From: an uncultured Armatimonadales bacterium
GTDB taxonomy: Bacteria > Armatimonadota > Armatimonadia > Armatimonadales > Capsulimonadaceae
Assembly (NCBI GenBank): GCA_964252595.1
Contig: CAXUNT010000012.1
Span: 4,537-68,536 of the forward strand
DNA: 64,000 bases
Direction of reading: 5' to 3'
Of the stretch, positions 28,978 through 38,712 are shown piece after piece; position 1 is the stretch's first letter; the number at the start of each line of letters is the position of its first letter. The notes beneath the pieces are model-generated. The model was not told where the DNA came from. It ran no database searches and worked only from the letters and a program-made list of their open reading frames with translations. The translations under genes were made by a program, and so were the position numbers.

Positions 28978-30867
28978 TCAATTTTGCGGTACGACCCATA
29001 TGTTCGTTCCATGTTCTGAGAACAGCGGCGGGCCAGTGCCTTTTGTCAGCGCATACACCCAGTCGGCATAAGACGGGGCATCGGGCTTGGGCGGGTTGAG
29101 CGGGAAGCCGCCTTCGTACACCAAGATGTGCGTGACGCCGAGCGTGTGCAGGCAGGCTTTGAGGTCGCCTGCGCTGTGGAACGTGTCGTAGGGAATATAC
29201 GTCCCATGGATGGCATCGCCCCAGAGGTACGACTTGTCGCAGAAGAAGCCGAGCGGGTTGCCGTACATGACGATTTTTGAGCCAGGTGGTAGCTGCGTGT
29301 TGATAAACTGCATCGCTGGATATGGGCCGAAGCCGTGGGCAATGTATTCGTCACGGCTTTCCTGCCCGAACACGACCGGTGCTTCCTGCGACAGTAGAAG
29401 TGTTCCGATATAGCCCGAAAACAGAAGAGAGCCGACGCCGAGGGCGGCCAGCGCGTATCCCGATTTTAGGCGCAAAGCATACGCTTGGGTCAGGACAAAG
29501 GCGGCCAGAAGGCACAGAACCGGCAGCGCCGGCAGCAGATAGCGGACATACTGCATCGTCCCGGCCCACAGCAGCAGAGAACCCAGGGCGAACCCGGCCA
29601 GTGCTTTAAGGGAAACCGACGCCCCGCGCACGAACGCTGGAAAGAACAGAGCGCCCAGCAGGACCGGGGACAACGCGCCGAACGGGCTTTGGTAATCGTT
29701 GAACGGCTTTGGGAAAGAAGTCAGATGGCCCGGCAGAAGGAACATGGTCAGGTTCCACGGCACCAGCGCGATGTCGGACACGCTATGGCCCATGCCGAAG
29801 GCCGCGTTCCAGCTTGTATAAAAGTCCGCCGCCGATTTGTCCCAGTACCGCCCGCCGAAGACGCCGTAAAAGAACGGGTACACCGGGTTGCCCGTGAGAA
29901 CGGCGGACTTGATGAGCCAGGGCGAGCCGACCGCAAGGGCCAGAAGTCCCCAAAGAACGGCGGCTTTGATCGCGGCAAGCGGCGCTTGCTTCAAGCCCCG
30001 CCACTGCCAAACCAACACGCCGACGGCCAGCAAAACCAGCGTTCCCAGCGCGGTCGCCTTCGTGGACAGCGTCAGGCCCATCAAGACCGCGCCTAATTGG
30101 AGCCAGCGCGGGTCACGGCGCAGCATCCCCTGCCCCAGCGCCAGCAGCGTCAGCGTCGTAAAGAACGCCGTCGCCAAATCCACATAGGCCGTTCCCGCTT
30201 CCCAGAACACCAGCGGCGTGGACGCCAGCAGCAGCGCAGCGATCTTGCCGGCGGTCGGCGAGACAAGCCGCAGGCCCAGCGCGTAGACGGCCAAACAAGC
30301 GCCGAGGCCGCAGGCGAAATGAAACAATTTTGCCAGCGGCACCCCACCGATTTGCAGGCCGTACAAGTACCACATCTCGGCGGTAAACGCGAAATTGGAA
30401 TGGTCTTCCCACGGCAGATAAACAATGCGATGCGCTTGCCCATAGATCTTGGGATCGGCCAGATGGTACGCGATGCTGTCCCATTCCAAAGCCGTCGTAG
30501 GAGGCGCGAAACAGCCAATGAACGAGACCAGCGCAAAGGCCATGAAGGCTGCGGTCATCAGCCACCCCCAACCCGTCATGCGAATGGTTGCAGCCCAGTC
30601 GCGCCCTTCCCGTGCCATTGGGGCATGCTGACGCCCGCCAAGCGCCAGAAGCGCCGCCAGCGGCAGAAAGCCGAGTGGCCGGTACAGGCCGCCCGCCAGG
30701 CCAAGCGCCAGCATCAGCAGCGCCAGCCCGCCGAGGCCGAGCGCGAAGCCGATCAAGTTCCGCTCCAGACGGGGCGTGTCATTGCCGAACCCCAGCCAGC
30801 CGAGAACGGTCCGGCCTGCGGCGACGGTGGCCCAGGCAGTGATTAGAAACAGCAGAAAGTCCAGCAA
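28978..30867 (-). CDS. Polytopic membrane glycosyltransferase, GT39/ArnT-like (PMT_2-type)
   Basis: More than 10 hydrophobic segments followed by a soluble C-terminal domain; the overall architecture resembles dolichyl/undecaprenyl-phosphate-sugar transferases. Confidence 0.6.
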   Translation of the reverse strand: MLDFLLFLITAWATVAAGRTVLGWLGFGNDTPRLERNLIGFALGLGGLALLMLALGLAGGLYRPLGFLPLAALLALGGRQHAPMAREGRDWAATIRMTGWGWLMTAAFMAFALVSFIGCFAPPTTALEWDSIAYHLADPKIYGQAHRIVYLPWEDHSNFAFTAEMWYLYGLQIGGVPLAKLFHFACGLGACLAVYALGLRLVSPTAGKIAALLLASTPLVFWEAGTAYVDLATAFFTTLTLLALGQGMLRRDPRWLQLGAVLMGLTLSTKATALGTLVLLAVGVLVWQWRGLKQAPLAAIKAAVLWGLLALAVGSPWLIKSAVLTGNPVYPFFYGVFGGRYWDKSAADFYTSWNAAFGMGHSVSDIALVPWNLTMFLLPGHLTSFPKPFNDYQSPFGALSPVLLGALFFPAFVRGASVSLKALAGFALGSLLLWAGTMQYVRYLLPALPVLCLLAAFVLTQAYALRLKSGYALAALGVGSLLFSGYIGTLLLSQEAPVVFGQESRDEYIAHGFGPYPAMQFINTQLPPGSKIVMYGNPLGFFCDKSYLWGDAIHGTYIPYDTFHSAGDLKACLHTLGVTHILVYEGGFPLNPPKPDAPSYADWVYALTKGTGPPLFSEHGTNIWVVPQN

Positions 30868-30871
30868 AAAG

Positions 30872-31642
30872 TTATTCCATTGGAAGTGACCGCAAATCCA
30901 GCAGCCGCCCCGTTACCATCGGCTTCGCGTCAGGGCCATTCCAAGCGATTGTCGTCTCGCCCAGAAAATGCCCGAACCAGCCGGCTTGGACTATGGGGAC
31001 GCCGTTGACGACCTGCGGCTCGTGCAGCTTGTTGTGGCTATGGCCGCCGATGATTAAATCTAATTTGGGGCAGGCGGCGGCTAAACGCTCGTCTTCACGC
31101 AGGCCGATGTGGGTCAATGCGATGAGAATGTCGGTCTGTGGGCGCAGACGCGCGATCTGCATCTTCGCCGCTTCAATGGGATCGTCAAAGACAAAGGCGC
31201 TGACTAATCGCGCGGTCATGCGCGGCGTTACCATTGGCACGGTCAGGCCGAAGACCGCCACCCGCAAGCCGTTCGCAAGCGTCTTGGTCCAGGACGGCAC
31301 GACCGGCAGCGTCTCGCCTTTGTCTTCGCGCCAGCGGATGTTGGCGGACAGCACAGGGAATGCGGCACGGCTGAGTTTCAGGCGCAGGAGCGCGTCAGCG
31401 ACGTGGAATTCCCGGTTGCCCAGCGTCATGGCGTCGTAGCCTGCCACGGACATCAAGGTCAAGATCGGCTCGCCGCCGGGCCGGACGCTGACATTACCCG
31501 CGGAAATAGCATCACCGGAGTCCAGCAGCAGGACGTTCTCGTATTTTGCTTTTTCGGTTCTCACAAACGCGGCCTGGGCTGGAGTCAGGTGGTTATGGAA
31601 ATCGTTCGTGTGCAGCACGGTCAGCAGCTTTGGGAATGTCAT
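30872..31642 (-). CDS. Calcineurin-like metallophosphoesterase (5'-nucleotidase/UshA N-terminal-domain type)
   Basis: LTVLHTNDFHNHL, LLDSGDA, GNREF, IGGHSHN. Confidence 0.8.
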   Translation of the reverse strand: MTFPKLLTVLHTNDFHNHLTPAQAAFVRTEKAKYENVLLLDSGDAISAGNVSVRPGGEPILTLMSVAGYDAMTLGNREFHVADALLRLKLSRAAFPVLSANIRWREDKGETLPVVPSWTKTLANGLRVAVFGLTVPMVTPRMTARLVSAFVFDDPIEAAKMQIARLRPQTDILIALTHIGLREDERLAAACPKLDLIIGGHSHNKLHEPQVVNGVPIVQAGWFGHFLGETTIAWNGPDAKPMVTGRLLDLRSLPME

Positions 31643-32172
31643 TGGCGCGGTGCCTCAGTGTGTTTGACGCTCGCGAGATACGCGGCCACGGCTTCGTCTA
31701 AACGCCCCTGGCGGCGCAGGACTTCTTCCACCGCATCGCGCACCGCCCCCGCCCCACCTAGGCGCGGTGTGATCCAGTCGGCGTGCGCTTTCAGTGTTTC
31801 CGACGCATCCGCGACGGCGATCCGGACCCCGGCGACGGCGAACGCCGGCAGGTCGTTGATGTCGTCGCCGACAAACGCCGTTTCTTCGGCTGTCAGCTCA
31901 TACTTCGTCCTAATCTGTAGGAGCGCGGCGGCCTTGTCGCCGCAGTTCTGCACCAAGTCGGTGACTTTCAGCTCCGCCATGCGCGTTTCTACCGCCCGGC
32001 TCGTGCGCCCGGAAATCACAGCAATTTTCAGTCCCACGGACTGGGCCATGACGATGCCGAGGCCGTCGGCGACATGGAACGCCTTCGCCTGCCCGCCGTC
32101 ACTGCCATACAGCAGCGTCCCGTCGGTCAGAGTACCGTCTACATCTAGAGCAATCAGCTTAACTTGCATCAT
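31639..32172 (-). CDS. kdsC: HAD-IIIA phosphatase, 3-deoxy-D-manno-octulosonate 8-phosphate phosphatase type
   Basis: IKLIALDVDGTLTDG and VGDDINDLPA. Adjacent to the arabinose-5-phosphate isomerase. The stop overlaps the next start (ATGA at 31639-31642). Confidence 0.8.
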   Translation of the reverse strand: MMQVKLIALDVDGTLTDGTLLYGSDGGQAKAFHVADGLGIVMAQSVGLKIAVISGRTSRAVETRMAELKVTDLVQNCGDKAAALLQIRTKYELTAEETAFVGDDINDLPAFAVAGVRIAVADASETLKAHADWITPRLGGAGAVRDAVEEVLRRQGRLDEAVAAYLASVKHTEAPRQ

Positions 32173-32173
32173 A

Positions 32174-32542
32174 CTAGAAGAACCCCCTCAGCACGAGGCC
32201 GACTAAGCAGCTAAGCGCCGTCAGTGCAAAAACCGAGATGACGAATGCCGCAAACCCGTCAGCTGTGCGTTTATTCTGATAGCCTAAAGCACCCCCGACA
32301 ATCACGATAATGAAGCCGAAAAGAGCCAGCTTGCCCAAGAACAGGTCAGCGTTAGCAAAGAACCGCATGAGGAAAAAGTTGCGCCCAGCCGCGACAAGCC
32401 CCAGCGACAGCAGCATAAGTGTTCCGACACAGGAATAAAACAGGCCGGAGGACACGAAAGAGGCGAGGCTACGCCGCGGGCTTGTTGCGGGCATCACGGT
32501 TTGAGGCTGGTTATCCGGTGGCGGAGGCCATATGTCGCTCAT
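32174..32542 (-). CDS. Small integral membrane protein, unknown function
   Basis: Four hydrophobic segments. Tightly packed between kdsD and kdsC, with 1-2 nt gaps. Confidence 0.5.
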   Translation of the reverse strand: MSDIWPPPPDNQPQTVMPATSPRRSLASFVSSGLFYSCVGTLMLLSLGLVAAGRNFFLMRFFANADLFLGKLALFGFIIVIVGGALGYQNKRTADGFAAFVISVFALTALSCLVGLVLRGFF

Positions 32543-32544
32543 GG

Positions 32545-33537
32545 CTAGACAATCCCTGCTTTGACTAAATCTTTCAGCGTCAGCATTCCGAGCGGGCGGT
32601 TATCAGCATCTACGACCGGCGCATCCCCGGCTTTTTGACCGGGCAGGGGGTGGAACGTATCCAGCAGGCGCAGGCCCTCAACCGCGAGCAGATCGGCGGA
32701 GACGACGCCGGGACGGAGGGTCATGGCGTCGGACGCCGGACACGACAGCACCTGCTGATCGTCCAGCAAGTGCCGCCGGATGTCGCCGTCAGTCAACAGG
32801 CCCGCGACTTTGCCCTCTGTACCCGTGATGATCGCCGCACCAGCGTTCGCCTGGGTGATGGCGAACATTGCCTCTAGAACGGTTCGCGCGGCAGGCACAA
32901 TCGCCACGGCGTCGCCGGTTCGCATGACATCACGCACACGGAGGGTCAGGCGGCGGCCCAGCGATCCCGCCGGATGCAGGCGCGAATACTGCTCCGGTGT
33001 AAAGTCGCGAGCAGTCATCACGGTCACAGCGAGAGCGTCGGCCACGGCCAGCATCGCCGACGTGCTGGTGGTCGGTGCCAAATTCATGGGGCAGGCTTCG
33101 CGCTCCACCGAAACATCCAGAACGACGGACGCGGCCCGGCCGAGCGTGGATTGCGGCTGCCCCGTGACCGCAATCAGCGGCGTCCCGAACTGGCCGAGCG
33201 CGGGCAGGAGCGCCAGCAGCTCATCGGTCTCGCCGCTGTAGGAGAAGGCAATGACCGAGTCGCCGGACTGGATCATGCCGAGGTCGCCATGCACGGCGTC
33301 GGCGGGGTGCAGGAACTGGGCGGGCGTTCCGGTAGACGACAGCGTCGCCGCCAGCTTCACGCCGATGGTGCCGCTTTTGCCCATGCCCGTGACCACCACG
33401 CGGCCTGTGGTGCCGAGAATAAGGCGCACGGCCTGCGCCCACGCCGCGCCGTCGAGCTGCTCCACCTGCCGGTCCAGCGCCCGCGCGGCTTCCGTGATTA
33501 CCCGCCGCCCTTCGTCCAGCCAATTTGCTTGGTCCAT
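32545..33537 (-). CDS. kdsD: Arabinose-5-phosphate isomerase (KpsF/GutQ/KdsD family; SIS plus tandem CBS domains)
   Basis: VVVTGMGKSG, SYSGETDEL, and a C-terminal CBS pair. Confidence 0.88.
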   Translation of the reverse strand: MDQANWLDEGRRVITEAARALDRQVEQLDGAAWAQAVRLILGTTGRVVVTGMGKSGTIGVKLAATLSSTGTPAQFLHPADAVHGDLGMIQSGDSVIAFSYSGETDELLALLPALGQFGTPLIAVTGQPQSTLGRAASVVLDVSVEREACPMNLAPTTSTSAMLAVADALAVTVMTARDFTPEQYSRLHPAGSLGRRLTLRVRDVMRTGDAVAIVPAARTVLEAMFAITQANAGAAIITGTEGKVAGLLTDGDIRRHLLDDQQVLSCPASDAMTLRPGVVSADLLAVEGLRLLDTFHPLPGQKAGDAPVVDADNRPLGMLTLKDLVKAGIV

Positions 33538-33605
33538 TGCTGTCTATTATACTTGCCGGCGGCGAAAAAACAAAATGTCTGGTAAAATACCGGGGACCGC
33601 CCTGC

Positions 33606-34898
33606 ATGAAAGGTTTTTCCATGCCTGAACGCTTTTCTTTTTCGGCAGCTTGCGTGGCCGCGTGGCTGCTGGCCGTGCCGCTTTCCGCTCAAACCCCTGC
33701 CCCGACGCCCGGTCCGGCAGGAGCGCAAGCATTCTCGGCGGGCCTTGCGGCGTACCGAATCGGTCAGCTTCCGGTTGCCGAGGCGGATCTGCGCGAGGCA
33801 ATTCGCCTCAGCCCCGCGTCGGCGGACGCCCACAACGCGCTCGCCATTGTGCTTCAGCGGCAGGGAAAAGACGCCGAATCTGTCAACGAGTTCCAAAGCG
33901 CGGTGCGTCTGCGCCCGGAAAGCCCGGATGCCCGCTACAATCTGGCGCTGGCCTTAGACCGGCAAGGACAGACGGCGGATGCCGTGACCCAGCTCCAGGC
34001 GGCCACCGGGATGCGGCCCGATTTTGCGCCTGCTCATTATATGCAGGGCCGGTTCTTGCAGAAGCTGGGCCGCCATGCCGAGGCCGTCACCGAATTCCAG
34101 GCAACCGTTCGGCTTCAGCCAAGCGACAGCCGCGCCCATTACGCGCTCGGCAACGCCCTCGACGACACCGGCGATCATGCTGGCGCCGTTCGGCAATATC
34201 AGAGCGCCATCCGCCTCAGCCCAGGCGATGCCGATGCTTATAACGCACTTGGCAACGTTCTGGATGTCGCCGGCAAGCACGCCGGGGCGATTGCCGAGTA
34301 CCGGCAGGCCCTGCGCCTTCGCCCCGACTTTGCGCTGGCCCACTACAACTGCGGTTTGGCTCTAGCCGCGCTCGGACGACGCCCCGAAGCCATCAAAGAA
34401 TACCAGGCGGCATTGAAAAGCGACTCGCATCTCGCTTACGCCCGCGTGTATCTGGCGAAAGCCGAGTCTGAAGAAAGCCAAATCAAAGAAAGCCAAATCA
34501 ACAGGGAGGCTGTGGTTCAGCCGCCTGCGGCGGTCATTGTCCCGGCTGCGTCGCTTCTTCAGCAGGGGCGCGTCTTGTATAACCTGGGCCGTCTCGACGA
34601 GGCAAGAGGGATGCTGCGAAGAGCTGTTGCTTCGGACCCAGGCAGCCCGGAAGGGCATTTCTTCCTGGCCGCCGCACTGGACGATTCCGGCCGCCATGCA
34701 GAGGCCGTGCAGCAGTACCAAACCTCCCTGCACCTGAACCCCCGCTATGCCGCCGCCCGTGTCGCACTCGGCACGACCCTGTACCTAGCCGGCGACCACG
34801 AGGGGGCAAGGACTCAGTGGCGGAGCGCTCTTTCGCTCGGCAACCCGCAGCAGGCAGCGGAAGCCGCCGGACTTTTGCGTGAGTACGGGAGCCACTAG
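33606..34898 (+). CDS. Secreted TPR-repeat protein
   Basis: Signal-like N-terminus (FSFSAACVAAWLLAVPLSAQ) and about 10 TPR units (A..YN.LG..L...G....A...Y..ALRL.P). The start is uncertain: 33606 or 33621. Confidence 0.8.
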   Translation: MKGFSMPERFSFSAACVAAWLLAVPLSAQTPAPTPGPAGAQAFSAGLAAYRIGQLPVAEADLREAIRLSPASADAHNALAIVLQRQGKDAESVNEFQSAVRLRPESPDARYNLALALDRQGQTADAVTQLQAATGMRPDFAPAHYMQGRFLQKLGRHAEAVTEFQATVRLQPSDSRAHYALGNALDDTGDHAGAVRQYQSAIRLSPGDADAYNALGNVLDVAGKHAGAIAEYRQALRLRPDFALAHYNCGLALAALGRRPEAIKEYQAALKSDSHLAYARVYLAKAESEESQIKESQINREAVVQPPAAVIVPAASLLQQGRVLYNLGRLDEARGMLRRAVASDPGSPEGHFFLAAALDDSGRHAEAVQQYQTSLHLNPRYAAARVALGTTLYLAGDHEGARTQWRSALSLGNPQQAAEAAGLLREYGSH

Positions 34899-35000
34899 AG
34901 CGTTGTGCGGCAAGAACAGGAACAAGAGAGTTCTCGTCTTCGTCCTATCGCCATCGCGGGCATCTGTTTTTCGCAAGAGGATAATGGGAATGACTTCAGC

Positions 35001-35501
35001 ATGAAATCAAGCAGCTTGAAACTTTCTTTCGCCTGTTTATTGCTCTCCGGGCTTGCCGGGGTGCCTGTCGCGGCCGCGGTGCCGCCCGCGGCTCAGTCGG
35101 CCATCTCCGCCGCGTACAGCCAGATCAATACGGCATTCACTCAGCATGACTTGGACCAGTTTATGGCCTACTTCACCCCGGACTACAAGGTGGTGGATGA
35201 AAAAGGGGCGACCTACAACAAAGACCAGACCCGGAAGCAGTACGCCGACCAGCTCAAGCAGGTCAAGACCATGCAGAGCCGGTTCACCGTCGGAAACTTC
35301 GTGTCTGTTCCCGGCGGGGTTGAGGCCGAGATGAAGCTGCACACGCAGGGCATCGGTGAAAAGCGGGTTTTGTTTATGAAGTTCAAAGGCACATATGCCG
35401 ACGACCTTTGGGTCCGCGACCTGTGGGTTCAGACCCCGCAGGGCTGGCGGGTCAAGTCCCGCAAGACGCTGGCCGACAAACTCGTGACCCACCCCGGCTG
35501 A
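35001..35501 (+). CDS. Secreted NTF2-like (SnoaL/DUF4440-type) protein
   Basis: The ATG at 35001 gives MKSSSLKLSFACLLLSGLAGVPVAAA. AISAAYSQINTAFTQHDLDQFMAYFTPDY... is typical of the DUF4440/NTF2 fold. Confidence 0.6.
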   Translation: MKSSSLKLSFACLLLSGLAGVPVAAAVPPAAQSAISAAYSQINTAFTQHDLDQFMAYFTPDYKVVDEKGATYNKDQTRKQYADQLKQVKTMQSRFTVGNFVSVPGGVEAEMKLHTQGIGEKRVLFMKFKGTYADDLWVRDLWVQTPQGWRVKSRKTLADKLVTHPG

Positions 35502-35560
35502 CCCTGCCGATCCGCTCATGGTTCGTTGTCCTCTGCTTCAACTCAATCCTAAAGCTACTA

Positions 35561-35589
35561 TTGACAAATAAGTTGCGGCGTGATATGAT
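35561..35589 (+). promoter_or_regulatory. Sigma70-type promoter upstream of the GH16 gene
   Basis: TTGACA (35561-35566), a 17-nt spacer, then TATGAT (35584-35589). This implies a 5' leader of about 170 nt. Confidence 0.55.
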
Positions 35590-35767
35590 GCGTTGTCACT
35601 TAACCGCATAAGCCGTTGTTCGGTTTATTCGCAATTATCGCTTTCTATGGGAGCGTATTAGGGAGGAGGGCTGTCCTCGACAACACCGCACTTGAAAACG
35701 CCGCACTTGAAGCGGGATTGACGCTTCTGCACTCCGAGCAGAAGACACCATCGAGCAAGGGAGAACG

Positions 35768-36586
35768 ATGATCGTGAAAATCACTCGAAAGCTTTTCGCC
35801 GCCGTTTCGGCACTGGCCGCCGGAACATTACTGCTTGCCGGCGCGGCCGGCGCTCAGGCCCCTTCGGGAATGCGCCTGGTGTGGAGCGATGAATTCACGG
35901 GGGCTGCGTCCGCCGCGACCCCCTACTCTGGCACCTGGAAATACGACACCGGCGCCGGCGGCTGGGGCAACAACGAGCTGGAAACGTATGTGACCTCGCA
36001 GGCCAACGCCCACATGATCTGGGACGGTACGGGGACCGACAGCCAGGCGCTTCAAATTGAGCCGCAGCAGGATGGCAACGGCAACTGGTACTCCGCGCGG
36101 ATCAGCACGGCTGGGCATCATGTGTTCGGCCCTTACGGCTACTTTGAAGCCCGGTGCAAGTTCCCAAACTCCGGCGACGGCTATTGGCCCGCGTTTTGGT
36201 TCCTCGGCAACAACATCGGCTCGGTCGGCTGGCCCACCTGCGGCGAGATTGATGTCGCCGAAGAAGTCAACGGCCAGTGGGAAAACCATCAAAGCCTGCA
36301 TGTTCCCGGCTGGGACCCGACAGTCATCAAGACCATTTCCAGCTCCACGTCTACCTACCATAACTACGGCTTCAACTGGCAGCCGGGTTATATCACGTTC
36401 TACACCGACGGCGTGGCGACCGCAACCTTCTCGCGGGGTGGCGGCGGGACCTGGGAGTTCGACAACCAGACCGTGTTCATGCTGCTGAACTGCGCCATCG
36501 GCGGCAAGTTCCCTGGCAATCCCGACGGCAGCACCCATCCAAACGGCAACTTTGATATTGACTATGTCCGCCAGTACGAGTATTAA
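35768..36586 (+). CDS. Glycoside hydrolase family 16 (beta-glucanase/laminarinase type), secreted
   Basis: GH16 catalytic motif GEIDVAEE (ExDxxE), WPAFWFLG, and a signal peptide. Confidence 0.88.
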   Translation: MIVKITRKLFAAVSALAAGTLLLAGAAGAQAPSGMRLVWSDEFTGAASAATPYSGTWKYDTGAGGWGNNELETYVTSQANAHMIWDGTGTDSQALQIEPQQDGNGNWYSARISTAGHHVFGPYGYFEARCKFPNSGDGYWPAFWFLGNNIGSVGWPTCGEIDVAEEVNGQWENHQSLHVPGWDPTVIKTISSSTSTYHNYGFNWQPGYITFYTDGVATATFSRGGGGTWEFDNQTVFMLLNCAIGGKFPGNPDGSTHPNGNFDIDYVRQYEY

Positions 36587-36646
36587 AAGCACATCGCCTG
36601 CCGTCGCGGGAAACGGGCGGCAGGCGGTCACACAAGGAGCGAAGCT

Positions 36647-38356
36647 GTGAAGACTTTTACCCGGCATTTCTTCATCGCAGCCGGGCTGCTGGCGACCTGG
36701 CCTGCCCACGCACAGTCGCCTCCGCCACATGGAGCGGCCACCGCTGCGTTTGGCACGGCGGCAAGCGCGGGGCCGGACCAAAATGCCGCCCCCGCCGCGG
36801 TCGTAGACGGCCATGTGATCCCGCTGTCGTCGGTCATTGCCGCCTGTCTTCGCAGCAGCCGGGCGCGTGTTGTAGATCAGATGGTTCAGAACTATGTGAC
36901 AGACAGGGAATGCCGGCGGCGCGGTATTGTCGTCAGCCGGCAGGCGATTGACGCGCGGGTCGCCCGGCTGCGGGAAGCGGCGGCTCCGCAGACGCTGGAA
37001 CAGCTCATCGCTTCCCATCATTCCACGCTTGCGGAAGTGCGTGAAGATTTCCGGCGCGAGATTGCACGGACCCTTTTAGTGGCCGATCAAATTCCTCCGG
37101 CTCCGATGGTGCACTGCCGAACTGTTGCCGTCCGATTTTGCCCGCCGGGCGCTCCCGCCACCGTCGCCGGCACAAGCCGCACGGAAGCCGAGGCGGACGC
37201 GGTTCTGGAGGAATGCCGGAAGCGGCTTGCACTAGGACAGCCTCTGCCTAACGGCGCGGAAGAAAGCGATCTCGGCATTCTCTACAACGGCAGACCGGAC
37301 ACGGACCCGGCGTTCATCAGCGCCGGACTGGCGCTCGGAAAATCCGTCGGTGTTCCCGGAAGTTCCCCGCCGCCGGTCCTCGTCAAGACCTGGAACAGCG
37401 TGGATCTGCTCCGGGCGGTCAGCACCCGTGAAGCACACGCCCCCAGCGAAAATTCGGTGTACGCCGCCGCTCTCAGCGCCTACCAAGAGCAGCAGGCGCA
37501 GTTTCTCGCGCCGGGGTTTGTCGTCGGCTTGATCGCAAAATCGCAGATTAAGTTTACTGCCGATGCCGATCTCGCCCCGGCAAGCGGCAGTCCGCTTCCC
37601 GCTGCGGCAGCAGTGGTGGACGGCCATGTCATTCCGGCCCAAGCGGTGGTATCCGCCTGCCTTGCGGCGGATGGTGCCCGGATCACGGATGTGTTCGTGC
37701 AGAATTATGTGGTGGATGAAGAATGCCGGCGGCGCGGCATCCGGGTTTCCGAGGCCGAGATAGACCGGCGCGTTGAAACGCTGAAACGGCTTCTCGCGCC
37801 GCACACGCTGAACGAGGGCCTGGCGATGCACCATCTCACGCTGGCCGCCCTCCGGGCCGACTTTCGGCAGGACATTGAGCGCGTCCGGCTTGTCTCAGAC
37901 CAGGTGACGCCATCGCCGATGGTTCGCTGCCGCCTGCTGGAAATCCCGGCGCTGCCCGAGAGCCAAAATGCCGAGCAGACCGCCGCCGCGGTTCAGCGGC
38001 AGGTCCAAGCCGGAACGCCGTTCGCGACACTTGCCGCCCGGTATCCCGCCTCGGAAACGGCCGCAGGACGCGGCACCGTCATCTTCTACCCAGGGATGCA
38101 CGACATGGACACGGCGGTTCTTCACGCGGCCCTAGCCCTGCACCGAAATGAAATTAGTCCCGCGCCCATTAAAACGGCTGCGTCTTATTGCCTTCTGCAA
38201 GCCTTAAGCACCAGCGTCAGCCACGACAAAGAAGAAGACGCTCAATACCAGGAAGCGGCGGCGGCGGACACCGAGCAGCAAGCCCAGCCGCTGATTCCCC
38301 AGGCGGTTGCCGCTCTCGTCCAAAAGTCACACGTCGTCTATTACCTGCACGACTGA
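36647..38356 (+). CDS. Secreted protein with two tandem SurA-N/PrsA-like chaperone modules (internal duplication)
   Basis: GTG start and a signal peptide. Two ~110-aa repeats, at about 36791-37130 and 37607-37940: AAVVDGHVIP..V..ACL......V.D..VQNYV.D.ECRRRGI.VS...ID.RV..L......TL......HH.TLA..R.DFR..I.R..LV.DQ..P.PMV.CR. Confidence 0.6.
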   Translation: MKTFTRHFFIAAGLLATWPAHAQSPPPHGAATAAFGTAASAGPDQNAAPAAVVDGHVIPLSSVIAACLRSSRARVVDQMVQNYVTDRECRRRGIVVSRQAIDARVARLREAAAPQTLEQLIASHHSTLAEVREDFRREIARTLLVADQIPPAPMVHCRTVAVRFCPPGAPATVAGTSRTEAEADAVLEECRKRLALGQPLPNGAEESDLGILYNGRPDTDPAFISAGLALGKSVGVPGSSPPPVLVKTWNSVDLLRAVSTREAHAPSENSVYAAALSAYQEQQAQFLAPGFVVGLIAKSQIKFTADADLAPASGSPLPAAAAVVDGHVIPAQAVVSACLAADGARITDVFVQNYVVDEECRRRGIRVSEAEIDRRVETLKRLLAPHTLNEGLAMHHLTLAALRADFRQDIERVRLVSDQVTPSPMVRCRLLEIPALPESQNAEQTAAAVQRQVQAGTPFATLAARYPASETAAGRGTVIFYPGMHDMDTAVLHAALALHRNEISPAPIKTAASYCLLQALSTSVSHDKEEDAQYQEAAAADTEQQAQPLIPQAVAALVQKSHVVYYLHD

Positions 38357-38360
38357 AACA

Positions 38361-38405
38361 AAAACGCCCGCGGTTCCATTTGGGTGGAACCGCGGGCGTT
38401 TTTTG
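38361..38405. terminator. Bidirectional rho-independent terminator
   Basis: AAAACGCCCGCGGTTCCA-TTTGGG-TGGAACCGCGGGCGTTTTTT: a 15-bp perfect stem flanked by an A-run and a T-run, between convergent genes. Confidence 0.8.
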
Positions 38406-38408
38406 TGT

Positions 38409-38576
38409 CTATTGCTTATCGGGGATCAGTGTTTCATCGCTGGAGTAGTAGCCCAGCTCGACCAGGAGATCATCCGGGTCGGTGTCCAAAAAGCGGGAAA
38501 TGGCTTCAATAAAGCCGGCCGACGGGGCTGCGGACTGCTCTGTGCCGCGCTCAAGCATCTCTGCTTCGGTATTCAT
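38409..38576 (-). CDS. Short ORF resembling only the C-terminal half of an XRE-type HTH domain (possible gene fragment)
   Basis: The ATG at 38576 has GAGGAG 5 nt upstream. ...ERGTEQSAAPSAGFIEAISRFLDTDPDDLL resembles the ErG..P....l..ia..L.v..deLl end of XRE HTH domains. A GTG at 38642 would add only 22 aa. Confidence 0.4.
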   Translation of the reverse strand: MNTEAEMLERGTEQSAAPSAGFIEAISRFLDTDPDDLLVELGYYSSDETLIPDKQ

Positions 38577-38712
38577 GATGATCTCCTCAAATTTTCTCAA
38601 GTGCGCCGTTGTTTTTGGCAAAACCTTTTTGTTATACCACACTTTTTGGATTTTTAGCGGCCGAGCGCAGATTATCTGGTAAAGAATTTCTCGCTATCTT
38701 GTTCTTGTAATC

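Noticed and set aside
33221-33896. Minus-strand ORFs (33221-33622, 33498-33896) in the kdsD/TPR divergent region as possible small genes.
   Set aside because: They overlap the kdsD 5' end or the TPR gene, have Arg/Gly-rich composition, and show no RBS or motif.
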